Positions 1 through 13,102 are shown, counted from the stretch's first letter. The stretch is 56,000 bases of DNA from Lama guanicoe (GCA_013239625.1 MU053821.1:86193-142192), one strand, 5' to 3'. Notes: generated from the sequence alone by a model not told the origin. Made by a program: numbers and translations.

Positions 1-416
1 TGCCCGCCGCTGCCGGCCCGCGTCTCAGGCTGGGTGTCGGGGGGACGCTCTGTGCCCGTTTAACTTAGTTCTGTCAGACAAGGGCTGCTCTGTACAGATC
101 CGAGCCTCGGAGGCTCCCCCTCCGTCCCGCTGGCCTCTCAGTTGGAGAGGGGAGCCCCAGCGAGCGAGCAGCAGTCCTCCTTTGCCGCTCCCTCCCGCGG
201 GACCCGTCCCGTGCTGCTTTGCCTTTTGTTCTTTCTTTTTTCCTTTTCTCCTACCAGATTTTTGGCGTCTTTATCTTTTGAAGAGGGCGATGATCTGTCA
301 GAGTTCCGCAGGTGCTCTGGTTGGCTGAGTGGGTCTGTAGATGTGGGTCTTGGTGTATTTGTGGGAGAGAGTGGCTTACAAGCGTCCTTCTACTCCGCCA
401 TCTTGCCCGGAAGTCC
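1..416 (-). mobile_element. 5' UTR of a young, CpG-rich LINE-1 (continues beyond the left edge of the window)
   Basis: Reverse complement begins GGACTTCCGGGCAAGATGGCGGAGTAGAAGGACGC (L1 5' end with YY1-type AAGATGGCG motif). Homologous to the 5' UTRs at ~16550 and ~28322 but with CpGs intact. Flank reads TTT/AAAATCCAGTATT on the minus strand (L1 endonuclease site, probable TSD 417-429). Confidence 0.9.
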
Positions 417-467
417 AATACTGGATTTTAAAGTTACTTCTTTGAGTTTTTCAGTTTTCTTGAGTAT

Positions 468-974
468 TCTTATAAAAATAACCAATGAACAGTCAATAAT
501 AAGAATAGAAGAGCTTTATTTGAGCCAAACTGAGGACTAGCACAGAAGCCCACTTCCCAGGTTACTCTGAAGAAATATTTCACAGAAGCAGTGCTTCCAG
601 CACAGTTTTATTTCTTATCAGAACAAAGAAACATTAACAAGTCATTTCTTCAAGTTTTCAAAACGCAAAAGCAAAAGGAAAAACAAACAAAACAGCACGT
701 ACATGGGGAGTCAGTGTGGTCTTGGCATCTGGGAAAGGAGTCTTACCATCAAAGAAGGACCAGCAGAAGCATCCTGGAAACAGAGGCATTTAATCCTTAT
801 TTTTAATAAGGACATTCTTTGCTTCTGGTCAGTGTGCCCTTTTCTTTGATAATTAATGTAGATGTAAAATGTATGTTTGATAGGACACAGTCTATTTTAG
901 TTAAAATCCAAGTTAACTATGTTTAAGCCAGAATGACTTATCTATATCTTAGTATGTGAAAATTTCTTTTAACA
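468..974 (-). repeat. 3' LTR of provirus A
   Basis: Aligns along its length with 16084-16546/19591-19636. AATAAA on the minus strand at ~515-520. Adjoins the polypurine tract AAAAAGGGGGGAAT (975-988). Confidence 0.9.
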
Positions 975-1699
975 ATTCCCCCCTTTTTATCATAAATCTT
1001 TTGATAGAAAGCAGTGATGATAAAAATATTGTTCCCTCAAGGCAAGGGTGACCTTGTGGCTACCCCAGATCCATTCTGCTAGGTGCTAGGTCTGCCTTTT
1101 CCCCCTTTTTAGCTAGAGTTACTTAGTTATCTTCACTGGGGGGTTAGTAATTAAATGTAATTGATAACCACAGAGACATATGTTACAGAGAAGCATTTCA
1201 TAGGCCATCCATTTTATTGACCATATTGGAATTGTCACACAAACATTGTACACATACTTTTATTAGTAGTAGACTTAAAGCAAACAGTAGTACGTGTCAT
1301 TTATATCTTGGTAGCTGGGAAAAGATAAATGTATATAATGAAAATGATAATTATTTGTATAGCAGAGCAAAAAAAAGAAAAAAGGCATTCCTGAAGGGAG
1401 CCAACTAAACAGGTCATTTATATTTTCTTACATCTGCAAAATAAGTGATAGGTATTGTGAGGGGTGTATCCCAATATCTATACTTTGTGATAATTTTACT
1501 AAAGAATTTTCATCCTGGATACTGAGTCAATAATTTAGCTAGAAGTAAAAGAATAACTTGATTTTTTTTATGTTTGATAATGAGACAAGTGTTTGGCCAA
1601 CTGTTCAATTGAACTAACAGGATAGGTCTTACAAGCCTGGTCTGGATTCCTGGGTTAGCTGTCTAATGTTGTCTTATTGTCCCAGCTTGATGGTGCTGA

Positions 1700-3700
1700 T
1701 CTCATTTAATTAAAGCCATGTCAGAAATATTGTACAAAGTCCATCTAGGTCAAGGGACCTTTTTAAAATGACATGTGAATCCATGAGCCTATGTATTCTA
1801 CTTTGGCAGCACATAGATTAGTTAATAATATCTGGTAAGGTTCTTTCTAATGTGGCTGTAAGGAAGCATTTATTTTTATGTCTGTTACAGTAAACAAAAT
1901 CCCTGGGTTGTAATCCATGATTCTTAAGGCCTTTGTCTCCTAGCAGCTCATTATGAAAGGAGGTAGTCACTAATTTTTCATTTTCCTTCAGTGTTTAATA
2001 ATGTAATATATTTCCCTGAAGTAAGTTTTGTTCATTAGGTCCTTCAACCAATTGCATAAGCCATTGTCTTATTATTTCAAAATAAGACAGCCAATATTTT
2101 ACCAAAAGATGTAGATCTAAGTTGGAGAAGCACTAGCAGAAGACCTTTTGGCCATGAGAAAGTAAATGCTTCTGGAAGTTTTGCCAGTTGAGGTTTAATA
2201 TTGCCATTAATCATTTCTACCAATCCAAAGATTGGGAATGATAACCACAGTAAGCATGCTTTATTATTGGCCAAACAGTATTAATAGATTAATTATTTGT
2301 CCAATAAAATGAGTTTCCCAGTTGGTGTTTAATTCAGAAGAAATTCCCCAAACAGGAAATATCTTTTCCAATAACAATTTACCTACTGTTAAAGACATTG
2401 ATCTACATGGAGAGCTTCAGGACAGTGTGAAAACATGCACTTGTTACCAGAATATATTTATTTCCCTGAGAGGGTGGTGTTTGGACAAAGTAAAACATCA
2501 AAGGGCTCCTTAGGAAGGGGAAAGTGGCCTTGAGACCCATGAATTTCCAAGATTATATTTAGGACACATATTATAGTCAACATACAGTTTATGAGCCACC
2601 ATGGGAGAAATTTTCTAAACATAGTCTTTTCCCCCATAGAATCTCTCTCTTTTTACTTTTCCCCAAGGTTCCCAAAGAGTTAGAGGAAATATATGAGACT
2701 GAAGCAATGGAAATTGGGTTCCAACAAGTAATAAATGTTTCTTAACAGGTCCAAACCATGTCTGTGCAGGGAGAGAGGGGGTGGTTAACCCCCCCACCCT
2801 TTTTTTGCTGTCATATATATCTCTCTTCTTCACTGGCAATTACTTAGCTTGTAGAAGGGAATCATTTATTGAGTTGGCAAGGTTAACAGAGAGCAGTTGA
2901 CATTCTTGGGACTGGACAGAATGACTATTTAAAGGTGCTCGGTTGGTTGCAGCATCAGCAAGCATACTTCTTTCAGTTTGCATAATCTTAGATTTGGAAT
3001 GTCCTGGTATTTTAATAATTGCTAACTACTTTGGCAATTGCCTAGCATTTAAACCTGTTTTTGATTTTTAATAGGTTGTCCTGAAGTGGTTAAAAAAAAA
3101 AAACAACTCCATTGTTACCATAAGACTCCAAAGTCATATGCCATTCCAAAGGCATAATTAGTGCCATTGTAAATATTTGTTTTCTGGTTTTAGTTGACAA
3201 GTTTGAGTTACAGCAATTAATTCAGTTGTGCTGACTTAATCTCTGGTAATTGAGAGTTTTCAATTATGTCTACTGTCAATGTTACTGCATATCCAGCTTA
3301 GTAAAGTCCTTGTTAATCTTTCTGAATAGAACCCATCTGTAAACTAAATTAGATCAGCATTCTCAATCAGAGCTTTTTATAAATCATTTCTAGGAACAAG
3401 AAAATAATCCATTAATAAAATGCAGTCATGAACATTTGATGTCAGCAGTTATTTCTATACGTCACTTGAGTGCAGAGGCCCCTCTTAACTAGAAAATATT
3501 GTGCATTTGTTTTATTGTGCATTTGTTACTTAAGAGTACCTAAGAGTCCTTCCATCTAAGGTGGAGATAGAAAGTCTCTTAAATTATGTCTTTTCCAGTA
3601 TGGATAATCTCCTGGGTGCAGGCATGGGGCATCTGATCCTTATCCAAAAATAGATTATTGTGATTAGCTTCAGAATAATCTTAGAATATCCTTTTAATAA
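1700..3700 (-). pseudogene. pol: Decayed RNase H-integrase part of provirus A pol (boundaries approximate)
   Basis: Minus-strand remnants FTDGS (~3330-3345), THFIGQ (~2297-2315) and a degenerate PQSSG.VER.NG.IK (GLVEMINGNIK in ORF 2077-2274). Many stops and frameshifts. No RT seen. Confidence 0.75.
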
Positions 3701-4862
3701 TTCAGCTAAACTTTCCATTAATGTGATATACAATGAATAGGCATCTTGGATGTAGATAATCAGTACAAAACCTCAGTATATATAACATCAATATCCACAA
3801 AGGTATAGCACTGAAACATAAATTTTCTCTCTAAATTATCCTCTTTTTTACCAAGTAGAGTCAAATTAAGTCTGGTTTGTAAAATAAATTTTGTTTAAAT
3901 ACACTTGGCCTGATTATTTACATAAGTATAATTGATCATATAGGCTCTTTTCATAAAATTTGGCTTTGCTGGAAGATTTCATAAGGAATCTCAGATTGAA
4001 ATTTAAAAGACCTCTCAAGGTCAGGAAATTCATGTCATTAGATTCTACTTATAATAGCTTCAGACTTAGTGGATTCCTCTGTTCTCCATTTCCAAAATAT
4101 CTTGATATTCTTGCATTTGCTAGAGAGTGACCTTTCTTATTCATTTGGGAAATCTCCCAGGAACTTAAGAGTTTTTATTTCTGGTGGGATCAGGTAGAAA
4201 GAAAAGATAAATGCTTCAATTCTGTTTACAAAGGTATAGTTTACCAAATTGCTGTAAGACAAAATTAGTTTAAGGGGAAAATTTCCCTTATCTGGAAAAG
4301 AAATACTGAAAGTCAGTAATATTTTAGACATACATTCATAAAAATTATATTTATCAGTTTATTCAATCCAATGTAATTAATTTTTGTTGTGTTTGAGTCC
4401 AATTTTTCCATCAGTTTTATTGATCTTGACTGATAATTGACATTGCTAGTCACAGTGATAATTTCAAGAGGTTTGTAGGATCTTTTTTTGTTTTTTGTTA
4501 AAGTTTGTATGATTTGCCCAGTGAAATGGTGTCTTAATCACTGGAGATTGTAAAAAGCATAACCCAAGAAGAAAACACATTTTAAAATAATTTCTCTGTC
4601 ATTGTGAGGGCATCATCCTTGCAGCAAGGGAAGGCTTTAACTCACTAAATAAAAATGAGGATTTGCCAGATAACCAGAAAGAGCCAAGCAGCCATCTTAG
4701 AACCTTATATTCCTGTTTGATTCACTGCTATTTTTAACCTATTTTAATTTCTCTGACTTTGGAGCAGACTCTTGCCGTGTTACAAAGACATAGAATGGCA
4801 AAAGTATGATAATGAGAGGTTAATTTTATAGAAGCAGAATGGGCTTTATCTGCAGGTACCAA

Positions 4863-5394
4863 TGTAACAGAAAAGAACAAATCAGACTCCATATTAGATC
4901 TGTTCCTTTGGCTTTAACCCTGTGCCCTGTTTTCTAAGCTTAGTCTTGCTAACTCTGCAAGCTTTTGTAAAACAATGTTGCCTTTAGCCTGAAATACACA
5001 GGAGAACCCATTCTCAAGGCTCTGACCTTTTAGGATATTAACACTTTTGCACTCATATAAAGATAAGTTTCAGAATAGAAAATAACATTTGTTTTGTTAG
5101 AGGTTTTACAGGGGCACCATGACATTATTTAGGTGGACAGCTGCAAGAACAAAAGATTCCAAGAACAAGGAATTCCTACACCAAGAAGTTTGCAAAAACC
5201 AACCACGTACATTGCCCTTTTTAGTATAAAAGGAGCCTGAATTCTGACTTGGGGAAGATGATTCTTCAGGATGTCAGTTTGCCATGTTCTCAGTCTGCTG
5301 GCTTCCCAAGTAAAGTTAATATTGCCCCAAAACCTGGCCTTTCAATTTATTGGCCTGTCATGCAGTGAGTATAGTGAGTTTGGACACAGTAACA
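4863..5394 (+). repeat. 5' LTR of provirus B
   Basis: TG...CA termini, TATAAAA at ~5225, aligns with 12564-13102. Confidence 0.92.
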
Positions 5395-5399
5395 AATTT

Positions 5400-5415
5400 T
5401 GGTGAAGCCAGCCAG
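5400..5415 (+). other. Primer-binding site of provirus B, tRNA-Arg(ACG)-like
   Basis: TGGTGAAGCCAGCCAG just 3' of the LTR versus canonical TGGCGAGCCAGCCAGGAG (one CpG transition and one inserted base). Confidence 0.75.
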
Positions 5416-5826
5416 CCCTGTTTGGGGAATTTTCAGGTAAGGCCTTTGCAGGGCCACTTGTCCTAAGGCTCTCCCATTCAGAATTCCCCAAAGCAGAACT
5501 GTCTGCCCCAGCACTTGGCAGTTGTAGCAAGAAGTTGACATCTAGGTCCAACAGGCTACATGCAGTAGTGTAAGTCGCTCTGGTATGTACAAGCAGAAAT
5601 TTTATTCCTCTCCATTTTGGGGTTTTTTTCCTCTGGAATAAGCCAATTTGTTTTGTATTTGGGTGGGGTTCTCTGCTGAAGAGAGGAACTAGTTGTTGGG
5701 ATCCAACCAATTTGTGAACTGTTCCTTTTGCTTCTGTTTTGTGTTCAGTCATGTTAGAGTGTTTGTAATTTTAGTATTTGGATTTGTTTGTGCTTCTTAC
5801 ATCTTACTGTTCTTAAACTTACAAAT

Positions 5827-8051
5827 ATGGGAAATACTCCATCTGTCACTAAGTAAAGCCCCTTGGGGTTTATCTTGAATAAATGGGCAAAATATAGCTG
5901 TGAGCCTAGAACTAAGAAAGAGATGATATTTTTGTGTAATAGTGTGTGGACCTAATATATGTTCAATCAGAGGAATGCTGGCCCCTGAATGGCTCACTCA
6001 ATTATTATAAAATCTTACAATTATAATTATCTTGTATGAGAGCAGGGGGAAATGATGAGATTTCCTATGCAGAAGTGTTTATGATATTACATCAGGAGAA
6101 AAAGAAGTCAGATGGCTGCCACCTTATGGTGCAGCTGTCTGAAAGGAAAACCAAGGGAAAAATCTGTTCTGCAAGAGGGATGGGGAGAAAATGAGAAGGA
6201 GGATGTGTAACTGATGCAGCAAAAATGGGTGTGGGGAGTAAGAAGGCCCATGTCTCAGTTTGGTCTCTGTGATGTTCCTTATCAGGTGTGGGTCCTTGTC
6301 TTCATGCATGAAGAATTCAAATGCAAGCCACAGTTGAGCAAATGTAGATTTATTTAGAGAGATGTATACAGCTTAGGATGCAGGGTGTTTCAAAAGGCAA
6401 GAGAATGGCTAGGAAAGAGGTATGGGGGTTGGGTGCTCAGATTAATGTAAAAGTAGGTACACAGTCCACAGACAGAGTACAGGCTGTCCCTGAAGAGGAG
6501 GAAGTGAAAAAGGGTGGCCATGAGGCATGGTGTTGCCAATTTTTTTAAGCTTGGTAGCTTCACATGCCTACAAGTCAGAGGAATATTCCAACTGCCCTGG
6601 AGAAGGGGCTGGGATTCCCAGGTATTGGGCCACCACCCATTCTTTGACCTTTTGTGGTTAGCCTTGTGGGCATTTTACTTACCATGCTAATATATTATAA
6701 TGAGTGTGTAATGAAGCTCAAGATCTACTATAAGTCAAATCTCCTGCCATCTTAATCCTCAAGGCTAACTAGGGGTTGTATCTTCCACTATTTTGGTGAT
6801 AATCACTGTTATTCCTTGAGTGCTTATGCCCTGCCCTCTTCCCTCCTATCTCATTACTTCAAACCTTAAACCCTCCTCCAGCCAATCCGGCTTCCCTACC
6901 AGATTATCAGGTTGTACGTGAGGTTGATCCAACTGCCCCCATGCACCAAATATTCACTCCTTCCACTGCCTTCTGTTTCCTCTATTTATGGAAATCAATT
7001 AGAAGTTAATATGTTAACCCCTGGAGCAAAGGGACCTTGCTTGATACCACCATCTAAAACCTGACAGGGCACTCAATTTGGACTGGGAGCTACTTCCAGA
7101 ATAGGGGAATTTCCCTTGTGCAAATATCCTGTAGGAGGCCTTAATGCAAGTGGCCAAACAGCTGAACTTATATGGATCCATAATTCATTTTCAACTTAAG
7201 ATTTGTTTAACTGGAAAAACCATAACCCTCCTTTGCAGAGAGTACCCCCTCTGTATGACTGAACTTTTTACTTCTATCTTTGCCACTCACCATCCCTCTT
7301 GGTCATACATACATGCTCTTATAAATATGATGCTCAGTGAAGATGAAAGGAGGATGGTCATTGACAAAGCTAGAGAGGAACAACACCAGCTTTATCTAGG
7401 GGATCCAGATGGAAATCCTGAAACAAACCTGACAGTTCCTATTGCTGAGCATAATGGAGACTAATGATGGATACGTGTCATTCCTAGAGCATTATAGAAA
7501 GTGTATCTTGGCAGGTCTTCAAAAGGAGGTACCTAGGCAAAAGAGCTTAAACAAGATTCAGGAGATACACCAAAAACCCAGTAAGGATCCATCAGAGTTT
7601 CTAGAAAGAACTTATCAAGCTTATGGACCATATACAGATGTAGACCCTGAGTCCCCTGAAAATATGAGAATGGTGTATATGACCTTCATTGGGTAAAGAG
7701 CCCCAGATATAGAAAGAAAATTACAAAAGTTAGATGGTATATCTGGAGTGAACCCTTCTCAATTGGTACATGTTGCTTTTAACATGTTCAACAATAGGGA
7801 ACAATGACAGAAGAAAGATGTAAGACAGAATGCAGCTTTTCTGGCAGCAGCATTGGATTCCTGGAAGGCAAGTCACCTGAGTCACCTGAAGAGAGGTATG
7901 CCCCAACTGGAGAAGGAACAATGTGCCTACTGCAAGGAAGAGGGGCATTGGAAAACATTGCCGTCGGTTACAAAATAAGAAGGAAAATAAGAAAGGAAGG
8001 ATGGAAACCTCTCATATGGTAGAAAGAGAGGAAAGCTATCATAAGGAGTGA
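5827..8051 (+). pseudogene. gag: gag of provirus B (disrupted, interrupted by a solo LTR)
   Basis: MGNTPS myristoylation start, WPLNGS matrix motif, capsid MHR IHQKPSKDPSEFLER, zinc knuckle CAYCKEEGHWK (~7923-7955). Confidence 0.9.
6212..6853 (-). mobile_element. Solo LTR inserted in gag of provirus B
   Basis: TG...CA termini, TSD TAAC/TTAC (one mismatch), minus-strand AATAAA at ~6349-6354. U3 start TGAGATAGGAGGGAAGAGGGCAGGG resembles the LTR at 8967. Confidence 0.78.
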
Positions 8052-11000
8052 GTAGGCCTAGGGCTCCCTTAGACTTGAGGCCCCCAAATCCAATTTCCCC
8101 ACAGGAGCCCTGGATATCTTTGAAAGTGGGGGACAAACTGATTGACTTTCTAATAGATATTCTGTGGCAAACACTAAAGTGGCACTGAAGACTCCTCAAT
8201 CCATCACAGTCATTGGAATTTCTGGAGAAGTACAAAAGTTTTCCTTCTTACAATGCCTGGAATGCCACCAAGGGGACCTCACCCTGAAACACAGCTTCTT
8301 GTATATCCCAAAGTGTCCAATTCCTCTTTTGAGCCAAGATCTCCTTTGTAAATTAAATGCTTAAGTAACTTTTTCACCAGAAGAGCTTGACATCAGGGTC
8401 CCACTGGAGCACATTTTAAGTCTGAAATGGTGCTCATGGAAACCCCAGAAAAGAACACAGAGCTCTTTTCCTTTCAGATCTATGAAGAGGTAAAGCCAAG
8501 GAAGGCCAAAAATGCCTGGCCAACACATATCCCATTGAAAGGTGATGCTGGGACAATCTGATCTAAAACAGTATCCTCTGAGACAAGAGGCCCAAGAGGG
8601 AATTCAGCCAATTCTCGAGAAGTTTTTCAAATCAGGACTGACTAAACCTTGTAGGTCCCCATACAACACCCCTGTTCTCCCAGTCAAAATCCCAACCAAG
8701 CAGAGCATTGCTTTCTCCAAGACTTAAGGGCTATGAAAGAAGTAGTCTGAGACTTACACCCTGTAGTGCCTAATCCATACACTGTGCTCACAACTATTCC
8801 AGGAGAATATGGCTGGTTCTTGGTTTAGGAATTGGATTTTTTCTGCATTATCACTGCAGAAGAACCACAGCAGCTACTTGTGTTGAATGGCAGGACCCAG
8901 ACACAGGCAGTCCAAAAGTATTGGACAGTCCTAACTCAGGGATTTAAGAATTCCCCTACCTTGCTTTTAGACAGGAAGGAAGAGGGGCAGGGAACAGCAA
9001 TTCAAGGAATGACACAGCAATTAACATTAGAATGGTGGAAGATTCAACCCCTGGTTGGCCTTGAGGTTTCAGATGGTGGGAGATTTGACTTCTAGTAGAA
9101 CTTGAACTTGATTATATGCTTACTGTAATATATCAGCATGGTAAATGACACTCCCAAAGGTGCCATGATGGCTCCAATGTTGATCATAAAAGGTCAAGGA
9201 GAGGGAATCTCAGCCCCTTCTTTAGGGTGTTTGGAAAAGGCTTCCCCCTTGTTACCATACAAAGCTTCCAAGCCCATAAAAACCTGGCAACATGGTGTCT
9301 TGTGGCTGCCTTTCTTATTCCCTCATATTTGGAGACAGCCTGTACTCTGTCTTTGGACTGTGTACCTGCTTTTTCTTTAATCTGAGTACCCAACTTGTGG
9401 AGCAACTCTTTTCTATCCTTTCTCTTGCCTTTTAAAACAGCCTACACACTATGCATTTTAAATCTCTCTAAATAAATATACATTTACTCAACTGTGGCTC
9501 ACTCTTAAATTATTTCCTGTGCAAACCAAGGACTCACACTGGTGGGTCACATCCCTGAGACCCAACTGAGACCTGGGACATAACCCTCCTGACACCCCTC
9601 ATCAATTTTTCCTGCATCAGTTTGGATAAATTTTAGCTAAGGACCTTAGAAACTTAATATTGAATGAAGGATTCTTACTGCAATATGTGGATGGTTTACT
9701 CATAGCAAACTCTGGTATGTTTTGGATATAAGGTCCCCAAGAAAAAGGCCCATGTGTAGACAAGTCACGTATTTGGGCTTTGTCTTCTCCCAAGGACAGT
9801 GGGATATTTTGCCTGATCAAAAAATAGGCAATAACAGGCTTGGATACACCCAAGACCTGCAGACAGCTGAAGGTGTTTCTGGTAATGGCAGGGTTCTATC
9901 AGATTTGGACCCTGAACAATGGGCTTGTAGTAACACCCCTTTATGGGGCCATAAAGGGACATGATCTTGAGCTCCTTACTTGGACTAAAGATTGCCAAAC
10001 AACCTTGTAAACAATAAAAATATAGTTAGTCTCAGCACCAGCTTTGGGACTACCAGATTGAAAAAAAAAAACCTTTCAAATTTTATGTCCATAAGAGAAA
10101 AAGCATAAATCTGAGGGTGTTAATTCAAACTCTGTGGAATATTGCTAGCCCTGTTGTCTGCTTCAAAACAACAAGAACAAATGGTTAAGGGATGGCCCCC
10201 TTGCCTTAGAGCTGTAGTAGCTATTGTGACATACTTGAAGAAGCTGAGAAATTTAGCTTGGGACAACCCACCAGCTGTTTGTGTATCCCCTACTATGCCC
10301 TTTCTTTCCTGGAATAAAAAGGAAGGCTATTGGCTGACTTCTGGGTGTGTGGGGAAGTACCAAACCATTCTTAAACAATTCTAATGTAAGACTTCAGGTC
10401 ACTTCACCCCTAAATCCAGACACATTGCTCCTGACTGATGCTGCACAGTCCCCAGAACATGACTGCCTATGTATCATTGAGCTAGTATATTCTAGCAGGC
10501 TGGATTTAATGCACAAACCACTGGCTGAGCCAGATTTGGAACTGTTCACTGATGGAAGTAGTAGCATTGTGGACCAAGGAATGCAATGTGTTGGATACAT
10601 GATTGTAACACTTAAAAAGATTATTGAGACAAAATTCCTGCCCCCAGGGAGCTCAGCTCAGAAGTCATACATCATTGCTTTGACAAGAGCCCTAGTACTC
10701 ATTGAAGGGAAGAGAGTAAATATATACATGGACTCTTGTTATGCATTCTTCATGGTGCATGCTCATGGGACAATCTGGAAAGAAGGGAAACTCCTCAGTT
10801 CCAAAAATAAAGACAAAAAACATGACTCTGAAATTCTATCACTATTAGAAGCAATACATAAGCCCCCACAAGTGGCCATAATGCACTCCATAGGACACAT
10901 AAAGGGTGAAATTCATATAATAAAAGGCAACTGGTTAGCTGGTCAAGTTGCAAAGAGGACAGAAAATGAGGGTGATTATTATGTTATGATAGGATTACTT

Positions 11001-12217
11001 CTCCCACAGATTGACTTGTCAAAATACCAGCTGGTGTACTCAGAAAAGGACAAGGAGAGGGCCAAAGAGAGGGTTTCACTCTTAATCACACCTCATCTGG
11101 CTGGAAATACAGTGCACAAAGAATTAACTTGATCCCTGAGGCATCTTGGATGCTGTGCTGCAGCACATACGTAATAATACCGACTATGGGAGAGATTCCA
11201 CCTTACAATGTATTCAAAAGTATGTAACAGGGCCTAACACACAAAAGACCATCCAGTGAGTCACTTAGAATTGTATGATTTGTGCTAAAATAACCCAAAG
11301 CCTACCATCAGACCTCCCCAGATGGGGACCCAACACAGAGGAATCTGCCTTACAGAGGATTGGCCAATAGACTTTATTCAAAGGCCTAGAGCTATAGGAA
11401 ACTTCAGATACCTGCTAGTGTTTGTGGACACTTTTCCAGGATGGGTGGAGGGAATCTCATCCAGATAGAAAAATCCTCTAAAGTGATTAAAGTCTCCTTA
11501 AAGAAATTATCCCCCAATTTGGACTGCCTAATATTCTTCAAAGTGATAATGGGCCTACTTTTGTCTAGAGCATACATAACAAGTATCTAAAATACTGCAA
11601 ATTAACTGGAAACTATATTCATCCTGGACCATGATCAAAAGGAAAGACCAAAAAAATGAACCATACATTAAAAAAGAGCATTGCTAAAATATATCAGGAG
11701 ACTAATGTAACTTGGGAAAGGCCTTGCCATTTGCCCTGTTAAGGAGCAGAGTGGCTCCCAGAAGCAGGCTTAAATTAAGTCCCTTTGAAATACCATATGG
11801 TACACCGTTCCAGGTGGCTCCCTGGGTCGCAGAATCTATAAATGCTCTATAAGACCTGGCAGTTGCCTAGTGTGTTAACCCTCTGGGCACTCTGCTCACC
11901 TCTGCCCATGAGTTTGCCTCCACAGGCCTGCCTGTCCAGCTGAAGTAGTCATAGCCTTCCCAACAAGGAGACCGAGTCCTGCTTAGAACATGGAGGGAAC
12001 AAGGGCGTGAGCATCAGCGGCCTGCAAGGTGGACAGGACCACACGCTTGTCTGTCAGGTTAGCTGGGGTAAAGCCATGGACTCATCACACGTGGAGTGAA
12101 GCCACGCAACCATCATCAGAACCAGAAAATGACCCAACTCCTGAGGGGCCTGAGGCGCGATGGTCTTGTGAACCCTTAGAAGACGTAAGGTTACTCTTTA
12201 AAAAACATGAGTGTTGA
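8052..12217 (+). pseudogene. pol: pro-pol of provirus B (disrupted)
   Basis: Protease HSFLYIPKCPIPLLSQDLL; RT SPYNTPVLPV, QGFKNSPT and LQYVDG (decayed YVDD); RNase H LFTDGSS in the 261-aa open stretch 10347-11132; integrase LQSDNGPTF; C-terminal WSCEPLEDVRLLFK. Confidence 0.92.
8967..9619 (+). mobile_element. Solo LTR inserted in RT of provirus B
   Basis: Interrupts RT exactly within QGFKNSPTL|FG. TSD GCTT/GTTT (one mismatch), CATAAAA TATA-like box, AATAAA at ~9472, ends in CA. Confidence 0.88.
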
Positions 12218-12563
12218 GGTTATAATTTCACTGTAGCTGGAAAGAGACCAACGATTGTTTAAGCTTGTCCAAGTAAAGAGCACAGGGAATGTAGTGTAAA
12301 TATGGCACAGCCTTAAGAGTAAAGTTAGTAGGTATGTACCGGGAACTGGAACTAAAACTCCACTGAAGTACTAAGGATTTTTACTAGGTTTGAGTAGGTA
12401 TAAATAAAAAGAAAAAAGTATTATACTACTAACTAAAAATGCTCAGGCTGATCAATTCCATTCCACATTTACCCCCACATCACCCAAATCAGTAGGAAGC
12501 AGCCAGGGTGGTCATCACCCCTTTTCCCACAAGACTGAGGAATGGACATTGATGATGCAGAAT

Positions 12564-13102
12564 TTTAAAAGAAAAAAAACAAATCTGACTCCATATTAGA
12601 TCTGTTCCTTCAGCTGAAACCCTGTACCCTGTTTCCTAGGCTTAGTCTTGCTAGCTCCACACATTTTTGTACAAGAATGTTACCTTTAGCCTGAAATACA
12701 TAGGACAGCCTATTCTCAAGGCTTTGACCTTTAAGGATAGTAACACTTTTGCACCACTCATATAAAGATAACAAGTTGCAGAATAGGAAATAACATTTGT
12801 TTTATTAGAGGTTTTACAGGGTCATCATCATATGACCCACATGGAGAGCTGCAAAAACAGGATTCCAAGAACAAAGAATTCCTATACCAAGAAGTTTGCA
12901 GCAACCAAACAACAAGCATTGCTCTTTTTAGTATAAAAAGATCCTGAATTCTGACTTGAGGAAAATGATTCTCCAGGTGATGATGCCATCTTCTGGATCT
13001 GCCAGCTTTCCACATAAAATTGCTATTCCCTGCCCCAACACCTCATCTCCTGATTTATTGACCTGCCATGCAGTGAGCAGAATGAGTTTGGCCCCGGTAA
13101 AA
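12564..13102 (+). repeat. 3' LTR of provirus B
   Basis: Aligns to 4863-5394. Preceded by the ERV1 env-end motif CAGTAGGAAGCAGCCAGGGTGGTCATCACCCC and a decayed PPT. Confidence 0.9.

Larger units (their letters stand above)
4863..13102 (+). mobile_element. Provirus B: gammaretrovirus-like ERV1 (gag-pro-pol, env almost entirely deleted) nested in provirus A
   Basis: LTRs 4863-5394 and 12564-13102, TSD CCAA/CCAT (one mismatch), Arg-type PBS, colinear gag, pro, RT, RNase H and IN motifs. Confidence 0.92.

Noticed and set aside
3497..3527. Short tandem duplications (also ~26242-26279 and ~27718-27753) as a CRISPR-like or regulatory array
   Set aside because: Two to three copies with no spacer structure, inside decayed repeats; ordinary slippage in eukaryotic DNA.
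10347..11132. 261-aa ORF as a domesticated RNase H gene
   Set aside because: Non-ATG start, mid-pol fragment flanked by disablements, degenerate motifs; consistent with neutral decay.
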